Shown here: positions 1 through 8,517 of the stretch, piece after piece
How positions within the stretch are numbered: position 1 is the first letter of the stretch
Layout: each line of letters starts with the position of its first letter
NCBI RefSeq assembly: GCF_001465295.1
Contig: NZ_CP011034.1
Span: 2,160,001-2,192,000 of the forward strand
Source: Pseudoalteromonas translucida KMM 520
Lineage (GTDB): Bacteria > Pseudomonadota > Gammaproteobacteria > Enterobacterales > Alteromonadaceae
Direction of reading: 5' to 3'
Length of the DNA stretch: 32,000 bases
Notes under the pieces: generated by a model
What the model was told of the DNA's origin: nothing
Seen by the model: the letters and a program-made list of their open reading frames with translations, nothing else
The model's database searches: none
Made by a program: the position numbers and the translations under genes

Positions 1-39
1 GCTGAGGCTGTTGAAGTTGATATCACCTATAAACCTTAA
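1..39 (+). CDS. 3' end of an unidentified CDS that starts left of the window
   Basis: Frame 1 is open from the window edge (AEAVEVDITYKP) to TAA at 37-39. A strong hairpin terminator follows at 67-111. Too short to identify. Confidence 0.25.
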   Translation, partial: AEAVEVDITYKP

Positions 40-66
40 ATAAGCTTATAGGCTAAAAAATTAAAT

Positions 67-111
67 AAACGCCGCAAATAAATTTAACAGTTTAAATTAA
101 AGCGGCGTTTT
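67..111. terminator. Bidirectional rho-independent-type hairpin
   Basis: aaacgccgc (67-75) pairs with gcggcgttt (102-110). An inner aatttaa/ttaaatt stem adds to it. It lies between the ends of two convergent ORFs and has A/T runs on both sides. Confidence 0.6.
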
Positions 112-122
112 AACCATTACAG

Positions 123-371
123 TTAATGTTTACGCCCTACACCATTACGAACCATGTCTTGCCCTGTTTGGAATACGTTTTCTGTAATCATGCGTGCTAA
201 AAGTAGCTTTTGATTATCGTCAAACACAGCAACAAAACGGCTGCCATCCTTATTATTAGTAGCCATACCAACACCGGCAACACCTTTAAGTCCAAAGCCA
301 CCGCTTTCTACATTAAGTAAAAAACTTTCAAGGTCGGCTAGGTTATCAATTATACTTTGCTCTTCACTCAT
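123..371 (-). CDS. Hypothetical small protein (82 aa)
   Basis: ATG-initiated ORF with an aagag Shine-Dalgarno-like element upstream and a terminator downstream. I recognise no family. Confidence 0.5.
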   Translation of the reverse strand: MSEEQSIIDNLADLESFLLNVESGGFGLKGVAGVGMATNNKDGSRFVAVFDDNQKLLLARMITENVFQTGQDMVRNGVGRKH

Positions 372-537
372 TTGTTATAACTCTTTTAATCATGCTCCAC
401 GTACTGCAAAGCTTAGTAATACAATATGCTCGCTATTTTATATACTCTTGGTAAAAACTTAAACCTTTTAGCCAACAACACCGCATATCAATATAAGTGC
501 TACACTGTGGCCTGGTTATTATGCTAACTGGCAAACT

Positions 538-936
538 ATGAAAGACTGTAATCAATGCGGTAAATGTTGTATTAAATACGGCGATGGCGACTTGAGTGCT
601 ACCCAAGATGAAATTGATTTATGGGAAATATTTAACCCTGAAATCTTTGAATTTGTTAAAAATAATGAAATATGGTTCGATCCTAAATCGGGCGTTAGGC
701 TAAGCAGATGCCCTTTTTTAGAGGTTGAGCCTAAAACAAACCCACAAGCGCAAAATAAATATACTTGCAGTATTTACTTAGACCGCCCCGAAGACTGCCG
801 TCATTATCCGAGCCTAATAGCTGAAATGATCAGAGATGAATGCGAAATGATTGAAATAACTGATCTGTCGCAGCCAATAAAAGCACAAATAAAACTAGAT
901 TTTATCATGCGTGATAGCCGCCCCGCTGGCTACTAA
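538..936 (+). CDS. YkgJ-family cysteine-cluster (CxxCxxCC, UPF0153) protein
   Basis: N-terminal CNQCGKCC motif plus later conserved Cys residues (RCPF, CSIY, DCRHYP), which is typical of the YkgJ/Fe-S-cluster family. 132 aa. Confidence 0.75.
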   Translation: MKDCNQCGKCCIKYGDGDLSATQDEIDLWEIFNPEIFEFVKNNEIWFDPKSGVRLSRCPFLEVEPKTNPQAQNKYTCSIYLDRPEDCRHYPSLIAEMIRDECEMIEITDLSQPIKAQIKLDFIMRDSRPAGY

Positions 937-941
937 GTATT

Positions 942-984
942 AAAACGGCCAATATAGTTTTATAAACAATATTTTGGCCGTTTT
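942..984. terminator. Bidirectional hairpin terminator
   Basis: aaaacggccaatat (942-955) pairs with atattttggccgtttt (969-984), giving a ~16-bp stem between convergent genes. Confidence 0.7.
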
Positions 985-1014
985 AATTAAACACGCTCTA
1001 GTAAACTTTCAGAA

Positions 1015-2646
1015 CTAAAATGTACTCACTGCAAGCTCTAAATGACTGATAGCACAGCCATATTGCCCTTTATTAATACGATGATACGCGGTTTTAGCTT
1101 GTACACTTAAGCTCAATATAAACTGATCTTGTTGGGCAACAGTACTTTGTTCTTGGCTTAAACACATAGCTTGAATAAGTGAGCGTAATTTTGCATTCGT
1201 TAATATAGAGCCAAATCGTTGTAGCGGTAATGCTGGTATTTTAATATTTGCTAAAGCTTTATTAATGCTGCGCTGGCTTAGGGTAAAATCTTCATTTTTA
1301 ATATCAATAACGCTGCCTGCAGGCCAGTATGAATAGTTATATTGCTGATTGCCTTTCGCTTTTAAATACACTACACCGCTTTTGCCTATTACGGTCATTA
1401 AATTACCTGCGGATGACTTTATAACGACTAACGCCGTGGCTTCATCAATACCAAAACCAAACTTTTGCTGCGTTTTATCAAGTACTGTTGCCAACCTTAA
1501 TGTGCGGTTTTGTTCACTAAAGTGAGTATCGAGCACACCATAATTAAATGTTGCAAGGCCACCAGCAAGATTAAACATAGAACTATCGTTAATATCTGCC
1601 TGCAAAGCCAAAAGGCTCGACCCTTTAGTAATTGTAGCTATGTTACCACTTGTATTTTTGCCACCACTTTGAATAGCCGCCCCCGCGCCGCTACCTATAA
1701 CAACAGGGCGTGTTTGCAATGCTTTAGTCCACGGGTAAGCTTGGTTGTTTTCATCAAACAGTACGCTGCGCGTTAAGCTTTGCTCGCCATTATTAAAAAC
1801 TACTCCTGTACTGTTGTTTATTAGCTTTACCAAGCTATTAACGCCATTACTACAAAGGGCATTTTCTGCTTGAATGCGATCGGGATAAATAGCCTCACGG
1901 TTATACAATCCCATTTCTGACTGCCTATATTGTGGTAATTTTTCACAGGTGTTTGTAGTAATCGCTTTAACTAATGCAGGGGTCAATGCTAACCATTGGC
2001 TGTTTACACTTGCCGTACTAAATAAACCTTGAGTAAAATCGGCAGCAGCATAAGGGTCACGGCTTGCTGCTGTAATTGCCAACATACTTGGTTGTTCGTT
2101 AGCTACCTTTAAACTACCTGTTATAAATTGCAGTATATTGTTTATAGCCGGTTCATTACTCAAACTAGGGTTAACTTGCTCTGCTAATCGCTGCCCTTGA
2201 GAACTAAACTGAGGCACTTCAAGCATATCCATAACAAAGTGATACTCTTGCTCCGATAGGCTATTAAGCTGGGTATTATCAATATCACGCCAGTGCCATA
2301 ACAATGCTGGCTTAGTTATTGATGCTGATGACTTGGCCTGTATCGCAAGTAAAATTTTAGCTGTGCTGCTTTTAACTTTTTGATTAGTGCTTGGCCACTG
2401 CTGAGTGATTTTTTTAACTTTTTCAGCCGTAACGCTAAATAAATGCTCTGCTTTACCCGCTATTTTGGTGTTTTTATCGCACTGCAGCGTGTTTAAACTA
2501 CTGCAGCTACTTAGCTCGCTACCAACTAAAATTAACGTTTGGCTTTGTTCTGCGGCCGTTAAACTAGCCGAAAATATAAAGCTTAACAACACAGCTAAAA
2601 AGCGGGCCAATTGCTGTTGTCTGTAATGTGTAAATGCATGCGTCAT
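1015..2646 (-). CDS. Secreted cyanophycinase-like / peptidase S51-like protein (function uncertain)
   Basis: Signal-peptide-like N-terminus (LAVLLSFIFSASLTAAEQ). Motifs resemble the cyanophycinase family: LILVGS, FNNGEQS, VIGSGAGAAIQSGG, LDTHFSEQNRTLRL. I prefer the ATG at 2646 over the TTG at 2658 used by the ORF track. Confidence 0.55.
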   Translation of the reverse strand: MTHAFTHYRQQQLARFLAVLLSFIFSASLTAAEQSQTLILVGSELSSCSSLNTLQCDKNTKIAGKAEHLFSVTAEKVKKITQQWPSTNQKVKSSTAKILLAIQAKSSASITKPALLWHWRDIDNTQLNSLSEQEYHFVMDMLEVPQFSSQGQRLAEQVNPSLSNEPAINNILQFITGSLKVANEQPSMLAITAASRDPYAAADFTQGLFSTASVNSQWLALTPALVKAITTNTCEKLPQYRQSEMGLYNREAIYPDRIQAENALCSNGVNSLVKLINNSTGVVFNNGEQSLTRSVLFDENNQAYPWTKALQTRPVVIGSGAGAAIQSGGKNTSGNIATITKGSSLLALQADINDSSMFNLAGGLATFNYGVLDTHFSEQNRTLRLATVLDKTQQKFGFGIDEATALVVIKSSAGNLMTVIGKSGVVYLKAKGNQQYNYSYWPAGSVIDIKNEDFTLSQRSINKALANIKIPALPLQRFGSILTNAKLRSLIQAMCLSQEQSTVAQQDQFILSLSVQAKTAYHRINKGQYGCAISHLELAVSTF

Positions 2647-2892
2647 GATATAACCCAAATAAAAAATGGCTTGTAATTACATCATGTTAATTTTTAATAA
2701 CTTGGGCTGCAACTTTATATCTGAATCTAGATATGGTGTTAAGCCAATAACGCGCCGTTTCGCTTTGTTTAGCTAAAGATACTAACTACCTAAAGCGGTT
2801 AAATAGTACCTAAACAAAATTAAACACGCTGTTTATTGAGCCGGTGTTTTGTTTAACTTATGCTTATATTTTAGGCAACCCGAGTATGGAAT

Positions 2893-3480
2893 ATGGATTT
2901 TTCTGCTGAAGAAATCGACTTTTTATCTGATTTATTTAAATCCGATCAAAAACCTGCATTACCTCATGAGCCTATGTTAACCATGCAAAGCAGTGTGCCT
3001 GTTAGTGTTGCGCAGTTACTTAGCAATGCCAATTTAACTCTGCTGGCTGAGGTTGCCCATTATCAACTGTGGTTTCCGCTACACTTAAAAATTAATCGTT
3101 CAGGCACAATTACCCCTATTTTAAGCGCTCCTGAAGTTATTGATACTAAAGGTACTCAACGCAGTTGGCGCTGGAGCCATTTAAATATTAAAAGCCAAGG
3201 CTTTTGCATTGAATCAATTTCAAGCACAGGTGTATTTTTAAAGCCCACTGGTAAACACAAAAACTTATCAAAAGTTCAACACGTAGAATTTACCCTACCA
3301 AATAAAGAATCTGTTTCTATGGATATTGAGCCTGTAAGGCAAAGCAAGCATGGCCTTGCAGCTAAAATAAAACACATTCATACTGGTAAAGAACAATTAA
3401 GAGCTTATTTATTTGCAGAACACCAACGTCAATATGCTAATTTATATCAGCATGAACCATTAATTAATTCACCAAATTAG
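2893..3480 (+). CDS. Hypothetical protein with a PilZ-like C-terminal region (degenerate motifs)
   Basis: 195-aa ORF. QRSWRW, followed about 20 residues later by ESISSTGVF, resembles the RxxxR and (D/N)xSxxG PilZ signature, but neither motif is canonical. Confidence 0.45.
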   Translation: MDFSAEEIDFLSDLFKSDQKPALPHEPMLTMQSSVPVSVAQLLSNANLTLLAEVAHYQLWFPLHLKINRSGTITPILSAPEVIDTKGTQRSWRWSHLNIKSQGFCIESISSTGVFLKPTGKHKNLSKVQHVEFTLPNKESVSMDIEPVRQSKHGLAAKIKHIHTGKEQLRAYLFAEHQRQYANLYQHEPLINSPN

Positions 3481-3529
3481 CACTTACAAACAACCTCTGG
3501 TTGCAGTCTCTGCATATTATTGCTTTTTG

Positions 3530-5734
3530 TTATTTGCTAAACAAAGTAGATACAACATGAATTGGATAGTTGTCATTTATTAATTCTTTAACAAATAACG
3601 ACGGCTGTTTAGAATCAGCAATTAAGTAAGCCTTATGTTTTGCTCGGGTAAGCCCCACATACAATAAACGCCGCTCTTCTGAATAAGCAAAGGTGTCTTG
3701 GCTAGGTAGTAAAGCCTCCAGCAGCGGATTATTTTGCTGACTGCTCGGAAAACCAAACTTCCCCTGCTCCAACCCTATAATAATACAGTAATCTGCTTCT
3801 AACCCTTTGGCGCTATGCAGGGTTAAAAACACTACGTTTGCATTTTTTTGCTGTGAGGCTAAATGTTGTTGCACTTTATTGAGCGTATAACGATAACGGC
3901 TCAACACAGCAATACTCGCGTTTGCATGGTGTTTTTGAATAGTATTGATAGTTTGCTGGGTTTTTAGCGCTAACGACTTTTTACCTTGGTACACGTCATC
4001 TAATAAAATCACCTGAGGCTCAGCCACTTGCGTATGGGTAATAATATGCTTTTTATACTGCTCAGGGTTTTGCATAACAAAACGCCCTGCTACGTCACTT
4101 ATACTATTGTTATACCTAAATGTTTTTTGCAACAACGTTAACGAATGACTACCTACTAACTCATTAAAACGTGTGGTAAGTGCTAAGTTACCACCAGAAA
4201 ACCGATAAATGGCCTGCCAGTCGTCACCTACAGCGGTAAAACGCACCTTATGGCCATGCTTAATTAAACTGTTTAATAAAGCCATACGCGCAGCGGAAAT
4301 ATCCTGAAATTCATCCACTAAAATATGCTGCCATGGCACATTCACTTGCTGCTTATTTACAGCCTGAGTAGCTTGTAAAATCATATCGTCAAAATCAATA
4401 CAGTTTTGCGCAATGAGTTGCGCTTTATAAGCGCGATGTATAGCAATTAATAACTGCGCGGCCGCACTGTGGTGATTAGTGTTTTTTTGATTACTATTAG
4501 TTTGACTCGTATTTAATTGATTGGTGCTTGATTGTTCGGTATTTAATTGATTATTTTGGCGCTTAAGCCGCTGAGTAATTTCGCTATCGGTTAACTGCTC
4601 AGCCCTTATAGCTGCTAAGCATTTTAAATATTTATCGACCTCATGCTTAAGCTGCCCTGAGTCTTTTAATATTGCCAGTACTTGCGTAGCATTAAGCTTA
4701 TTTTTATGAATATCGTAGGACACTAAAGGCTTATCGAGCATAGCAATAAAGGCGCTTAACAATACCGGCTGGGCTTGTATTTGCTCACTTAACCATAATG
4801 TTAGCCAGCTCGACAGCGCACCAAAATCACTTACAAAAGGCGATATGTCGCAACTTTTACCTGCTTGTTGTAGCAGTTGTAACCCTAACGCATGAAAGGT
4901 TAAAACCTCTGGTGGCTTGCTTGCTAATTTAGCCTGCTGACCGCGTTTAATAAAGCGTGTTTTAAGCTCTTGTGCTGCAGTTTTATTATAAGCAAGTATC
5001 AGTATTTGCTCAGGCATTGCCTGTTTTGTAGCTATTAAATCAAGTGCTTTGGCCACCATAACTGAGGTTTTGCCGGTGCCCGCAGCAGCCAATACTAAAT
5101 TTTTATCGTTATTGCGTATTACGGCAAGGCGCTGCTCATTGGTTAATGGGTTTGACTCCACGTTATTATAAAAATCGGCACGTTGTGCAAGTTGCTTGCG
5201 CTCATATTTATTACGCAGTTGTGCAATAGCATCACTCCTATTTTTTGCACTGGCCAATACCGATAAAAACTGGCTACTACTTGAAGATAAATGCCCTTGC
5301 CACACATTGTGGTTTTTCTGGTAGCGCTCGCTCAGTGAAAACACCTCAGCGCTTAAAATTGTGGTGTTACTGTCGCGTAAATACTCATCTAACGCAGTGC
5401 GCTTTAACAAAGCTTTAGCATTATTTATTTTGTGCTCAAGTGCTTGCGCAAAATGTTGGTTAATTACAATATTTAATGCTTTTGCCTGTGCTTTGTTTAA
5501 AAAGCTAATAGCAGTATGGGCGCTATTTTCACCTAGGATTAAATTAATATTGGCGCTAAATATTCGGTTTTGCAACTGCGCAAAATCGTTAAAACCCCTG
5601 ATTAAAAACGATTGCTTTGTCGCGTTTTTAAACTCAATCACTAAGCTTTCTTGCTCAATGCTGAGTAATTTAATACGGGTGAAAAAACGGCCTAACCAAC
5701 TGGGTGTGGCAAAATGCTGTGCCATAATACTCAA
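3530..5734 (-). CDS. helD: DNA helicase IV (UvrD/Rep superfamily 1 helicase)
   Basis: 734 aa. Walker A AAAGTGKTS, DEFQD (Walker B / motif II), YRF, and C-terminal LYVGLTRAK. The long N-terminal non-helicase domain is as in HelD. Confidence 0.75.
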   Translation of the reverse strand: MSIMAQHFATPSWLGRFFTRIKLLSIEQESLVIEFKNATKQSFLIRGFNDFAQLQNRIFSANINLILGENSAHTAISFLNKAQAKALNIVINQHFAQALEHKINNAKALLKRTALDEYLRDSNTTILSAEVFSLSERYQKNHNVWQGHLSSSSSQFLSVLASAKNRSDAIAQLRNKYERKQLAQRADFYNNVESNPLTNEQRLAVIRNNDKNLVLAAAGTGKTSVMVAKALDLIATKQAMPEQILILAYNKTAAQELKTRFIKRGQQAKLASKPPEVLTFHALGLQLLQQAGKSCDISPFVSDFGALSSWLTLWLSEQIQAQPVLLSAFIAMLDKPLVSYDIHKNKLNATQVLAILKDSGQLKHEVDKYLKCLAAIRAEQLTDSEITQRLKRQNNQLNTEQSSTNQLNTSQTNSNQKNTNHHSAAAQLLIAIHRAYKAQLIAQNCIDFDDMILQATQAVNKQQVNVPWQHILVDEFQDISAARMALLNSLIKHGHKVRFTAVGDDWQAIYRFSGGNLALTTRFNELVGSHSLTLLQKTFRYNNSISDVAGRFVMQNPEQYKKHIITHTQVAEPQVILLDDVYQGKKSLALKTQQTINTIQKHHANASIAVLSRYRYTLNKVQQHLASQQKNANVVFLTLHSAKGLEADYCIIIGLEQGKFGFPSSQQNNPLLEALLPSQDTFAYSEERRLLYVGLTRAKHKAYLIADSKQPSLFVKELINDNYPIHVVSTLFSK
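4469..4558 (-). repeat. Three imperfect 30-nt (10-aa) tandem repeats encoding an N/Q/T/S-rich insert inside helD
   Basis: Protein residues 393-422: NQLNTEQSST / NQLNTSQTNS / NQKNTNHHSA. At the DNA level gtatttaattgatt occurs at 4509 and 4539. Confidence 0.6.
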
Positions 5735-5975
5735 TATCTAAGTAGGTAATAAAACAATTGTAACATACTCTTTTATAATACATTTAATTTAACAATTTAC
5801 TGTAACTGAGCTTAGTAAATAGCTAATCTTAAAAATAAAAACAGCTGTTTATCGTTTTAGTTTGCGCCTTATTTTAGTCAGCGTTAAGCTGTGCCTTTAT
5901 TTACTAATTATATTAACTGCATTTGCTATATGGCCTTGTTATAAGGTTAATTATAATTAATATTAAAGGTTTATT

Positions 5976-6890
5976 ATGACTAACAGCACATATCCTATTG
6001 GCACACCCGGCACTAAGTGGAATAACAACGATAAAGCCGATTGGTTAACCCGCCAAAATATTAAACGCAGCTATCAAAATGAAGTAGTAACACTCATTAA
6101 CGAGCTCAAAAGTACGCTTAATGTAGAGCAATATGGCGAACTAAATTACGTTGCAGGCAAATACCCTTTATTTGTTTTAAAAACCGCTGACTTTAAAACT
6201 AACAAGCCTACCGTTTTAATTACCGGTGGAGTACACGGCTACGAAACTAGTGGCGTACACGGCGCACTTAGGTTTGCAAAAACGGCAGCGAAAAAATATA
6301 GTCAGCATTTTAATATTGTTATTGCACCTTGTATTAGCCCTTGGGGTTACGAAACGATAAACCGCTGGAACCCAGAAGCCATTGATCCTAACCGCTCATT
6401 TTATGAAGGTAGCCCAGCGCAAGAGTCGGCAGCGATTATGGCCTATGTAAAATCTCTTGAGTTAGATTTAATTGCACATATTGATTTGCACGAAACGACC
6501 GACAGCGACAACAGCGAATTTCGCCCAGCACTCGCTGCACGCGAAGGCACAGTAAATACTAATTGGAATATTCCCGATGGTTTTTATTTAGTGGCCAATA
6601 GCACTAAACCTGAGGCTGCATTTCAAAAAGCCATTATTGATAGCGTAGCAAAAGTAACCCACATTGCGCCAAGTGATGAAAATAACCAACTTATTGGTGT
6701 GTCACAAGAGCAATTTGGGGTGATAAACTACGCTGCACGCGAGTTAGGTTTATGCATGGGTTTTACCAATGCACCTTATGTAACCACCACTGAAGTATAC
6801 CCAGATAGCCCTACAGCAAGCGACGAAGAATGTATTTTGGCGCAAGTGGCCGTAATTACGAGCGCATTAGATTATATAATTAATCTGTGA
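5976..6890 (+). CDS. M14-family zinc peptidase / succinylglutamate desuccinylase-aspartoacylase-like protein
   Basis: HGYETSG (HxxE zinc ligands), DPNRSF (substrate-binding NR) and DLHE (third ligand region). No signal peptide. Confidence 0.7.
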   Translation: MTNSTYPIGTPGTKWNNNDKADWLTRQNIKRSYQNEVVTLINELKSTLNVEQYGELNYVAGKYPLFVLKTADFKTNKPTVLITGGVHGYETSGVHGALRFAKTAAKKYSQHFNIVIAPCISPWGYETINRWNPEAIDPNRSFYEGSPAQESAAIMAYVKSLELDLIAHIDLHETTDSDNSEFRPALAAREGTVNTNWNIPDGFYLVANSTKPEAAFQKAIIDSVAKVTHIAPSDENNQLIGVSQEQFGVINYAARELGLCMGFTNAPYVTTTEVYPDSPTASDEECILAQVAVITSALDYIINL

Positions 6891-6927
6891 TCTGGGTTTA
6901 AATATGTACAATAAATAATCTTGTTAA

Positions 6928-6959
6928 AATGCCCAAGTAGGTAAACTAGCTTGGGCATT
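6928..6959. terminator. Bidirectional hairpin terminator
   Basis: aatgcccaag (6928-6937) pairs with cttgggcatt (6950-6959), between the convergent M14 and ccoG genes. Confidence 0.6.
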
Positions 6960-6983
6960 ATTATACTTTTAATTCTTATACTT

Positions 6984-8366
6984 TTAATTTTTATAAAAGT
7001 AACTGTCTTTCGTTATGCTAATACTCGGGTCTTCTTCTGCAAAAATAATAAATTTAACTTTACTTACCTTACTTGGAATATCATAGCCATCTGCTGTTAC
7101 CGTTACGGGTATACGCTTCATCACTCCAGGTTGAATTAGCATTGCATTTGGGCTAGTTAATTTGGCCTCTGCTAAACCTGATATAGCAATAGTGTAGTGC
7201 AATGTTTGCTGGGTTTTATTTATAATCGTTAACGTATAAGGGTTTTCTACTAACCCCTCGTAATTGACCCTGTACAAAGCGCCTCTATCGCGCAGCACCG
7301 AGGCTTCAATAGGTGTTCTTTGTGCCACCCAAGCAAACATAGCTACAATTAGCATCACGGTCAAAACACCATAACCCACCAACTTAAGCCTAAAAGGGTT
7401 GGTTTTTTTACCCGCCATTTGCTCTTCGCTAGCGTACTTTATTAACCCTTTTTCATAACCAAATTTGTTCATAGTATCGTCGCAAGCATCAATACATAAA
7501 CCACAGTTTATACATTCATATTGCAAACCATTTCGAATATCTATTCCAGCTGGGCATACTTCTACACATAAATTACAATCTACGCAGTCACCTAAGTTAA
7601 GTGCTTTTGGATCGGCCTTACGTTTACGTGGGCCACGGTTTTCACCGCGTGCGCCATCGTAAGTAACCACAAGCGTATCCTTATCAAACATAACCGATTG
7701 AAAACGCGAATACGGACACGCCACAGTACACATTTTTTCACGTAAAAACCCTGCGTTACCATAAGTACACAAAGCAAATAAAAACACCCAAAAGCTAGTA
7801 ATACCCGACCACTCAAAAGTAAACATTTCTAAGTACAATGTTTTTGCGGGTATAAAATAAGTTAAAAATGAAGTGGCAGTTAATAGTGATAGCACCAACC
7901 AAGCACTGTGCTTAGTAAGCTTTTTACGCCATTTGGTAAAACCCCATGCAGATTTATCAAGCTGTATACGCTGATTACGTGTGCCCTCAACGCGTTGCTC
8001 AACCCACGAGAACATCAACATCCAAATAGTTTGAGGACAAGTATAGCCACACCAAACACGGCCTAACCAGTTGGTTACAAAAAATAACGCAAACGCCCCC
8101 ACCATAAACAACATGGCTACAATAATAAAATCTTGCGGGAATAAAGTTAAAGCGAAAATAGTAAACTTTTGCGTTGCTACATCTAATAGCACCGCTTGTT
8201 GGCCGTTATATTGGATCCACGGTATTGCAATAAACGTAAGCATTAACAACCAGCCTAAGTTTCGGCGTATACGTTGAAAAAAGCCTTTTTGCTCACGTAT
8301 ATAAATTGGCCCTTCGCTTTTGTAGGGCTTGATGATTATATCTTCTTCTTTAATATCAAACTTCAT
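6984..8366 (-). CDS. ccoG: Cytochrome c oxidase accessory protein CcoG/FixG-family membrane ferredoxin
   Basis: 460 aa. CGYTCPQT motif, several TM segments, two 4Fe-4S ferredoxin motifs (CVDCNLCVEVCP and CINCGLCIDAC), and a C-terminal Ig-like FixG domain region. Confidence 0.85.
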   Translation of the reverse strand: MKFDIKEEDIIIKPYKSEGPIYIREQKGFFQRIRRNLGWLLMLTFIAIPWIQYNGQQAVLLDVATQKFTIFALTLFPQDFIIVAMLFMVGAFALFFVTNWLGRVWCGYTCPQTIWMLMFSWVEQRVEGTRNQRIQLDKSAWGFTKWRKKLTKHSAWLVLSLLTATSFLTYFIPAKTLYLEMFTFEWSGITSFWVFLFALCTYGNAGFLREKMCTVACPYSRFQSVMFDKDTLVVTYDGARGENRGPRKRKADPKALNLGDCVDCNLCVEVCPAGIDIRNGLQYECINCGLCIDACDDTMNKFGYEKGLIKYASEEQMAGKKTNPFRLKLVGYGVLTVMLIVAMFAWVAQRTPIEASVLRDRGALYRVNYEGLVENPYTLTIINKTQQTLHYTIAISGLAEAKLTSPNAMLIQPGVMKRIPVTVTADGYDIPSKVSKVKFIIFAEEDPSISITKDSYFYKN

Positions 8367-8402
8367 AATATTTACTTAATCATAACGGATGTTAGTTAAG
8401 CA

Positions 8403-8420
8403 TTTGCAACTTTCAGACCA
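8403..8420 (-). promoter_or_regulatory. Candidate sigma-54 (-24/-12) promoter for ccoG
   Basis: The minus strand reads TGGTCTgaaagTTGCA. The invariant GG and GC are separated by exactly 10 nt. The -12 element lies 38 nt upstream of the ccoG ATG (8366). Confidence 0.5.
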
Positions 8421-8481
8421 AACTGAAATCTAACTTATTACATTGATATTAAAGGTTTTTATTTTCATCCTAAATTCCAGC

Positions 8482-8517
8482 TTCGCGAAATAAAGCGACA
8501 CTCGCGATATATCACGA
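8482..8517. promoter_or_regulatory. Two adjacent 16-bp dyad sites, a candidate activator-binding UAS
   Basis: TCGCGAaataAAGCGA (8482-8497) and TCGCGAtataTCACGA (8502-8517). Centres are 20 bp apart, about 60-115 bp upstream of the candidate -24/-12 promoter. The second site overlaps the stop codon of the activator gene. Confidence 0.4.
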
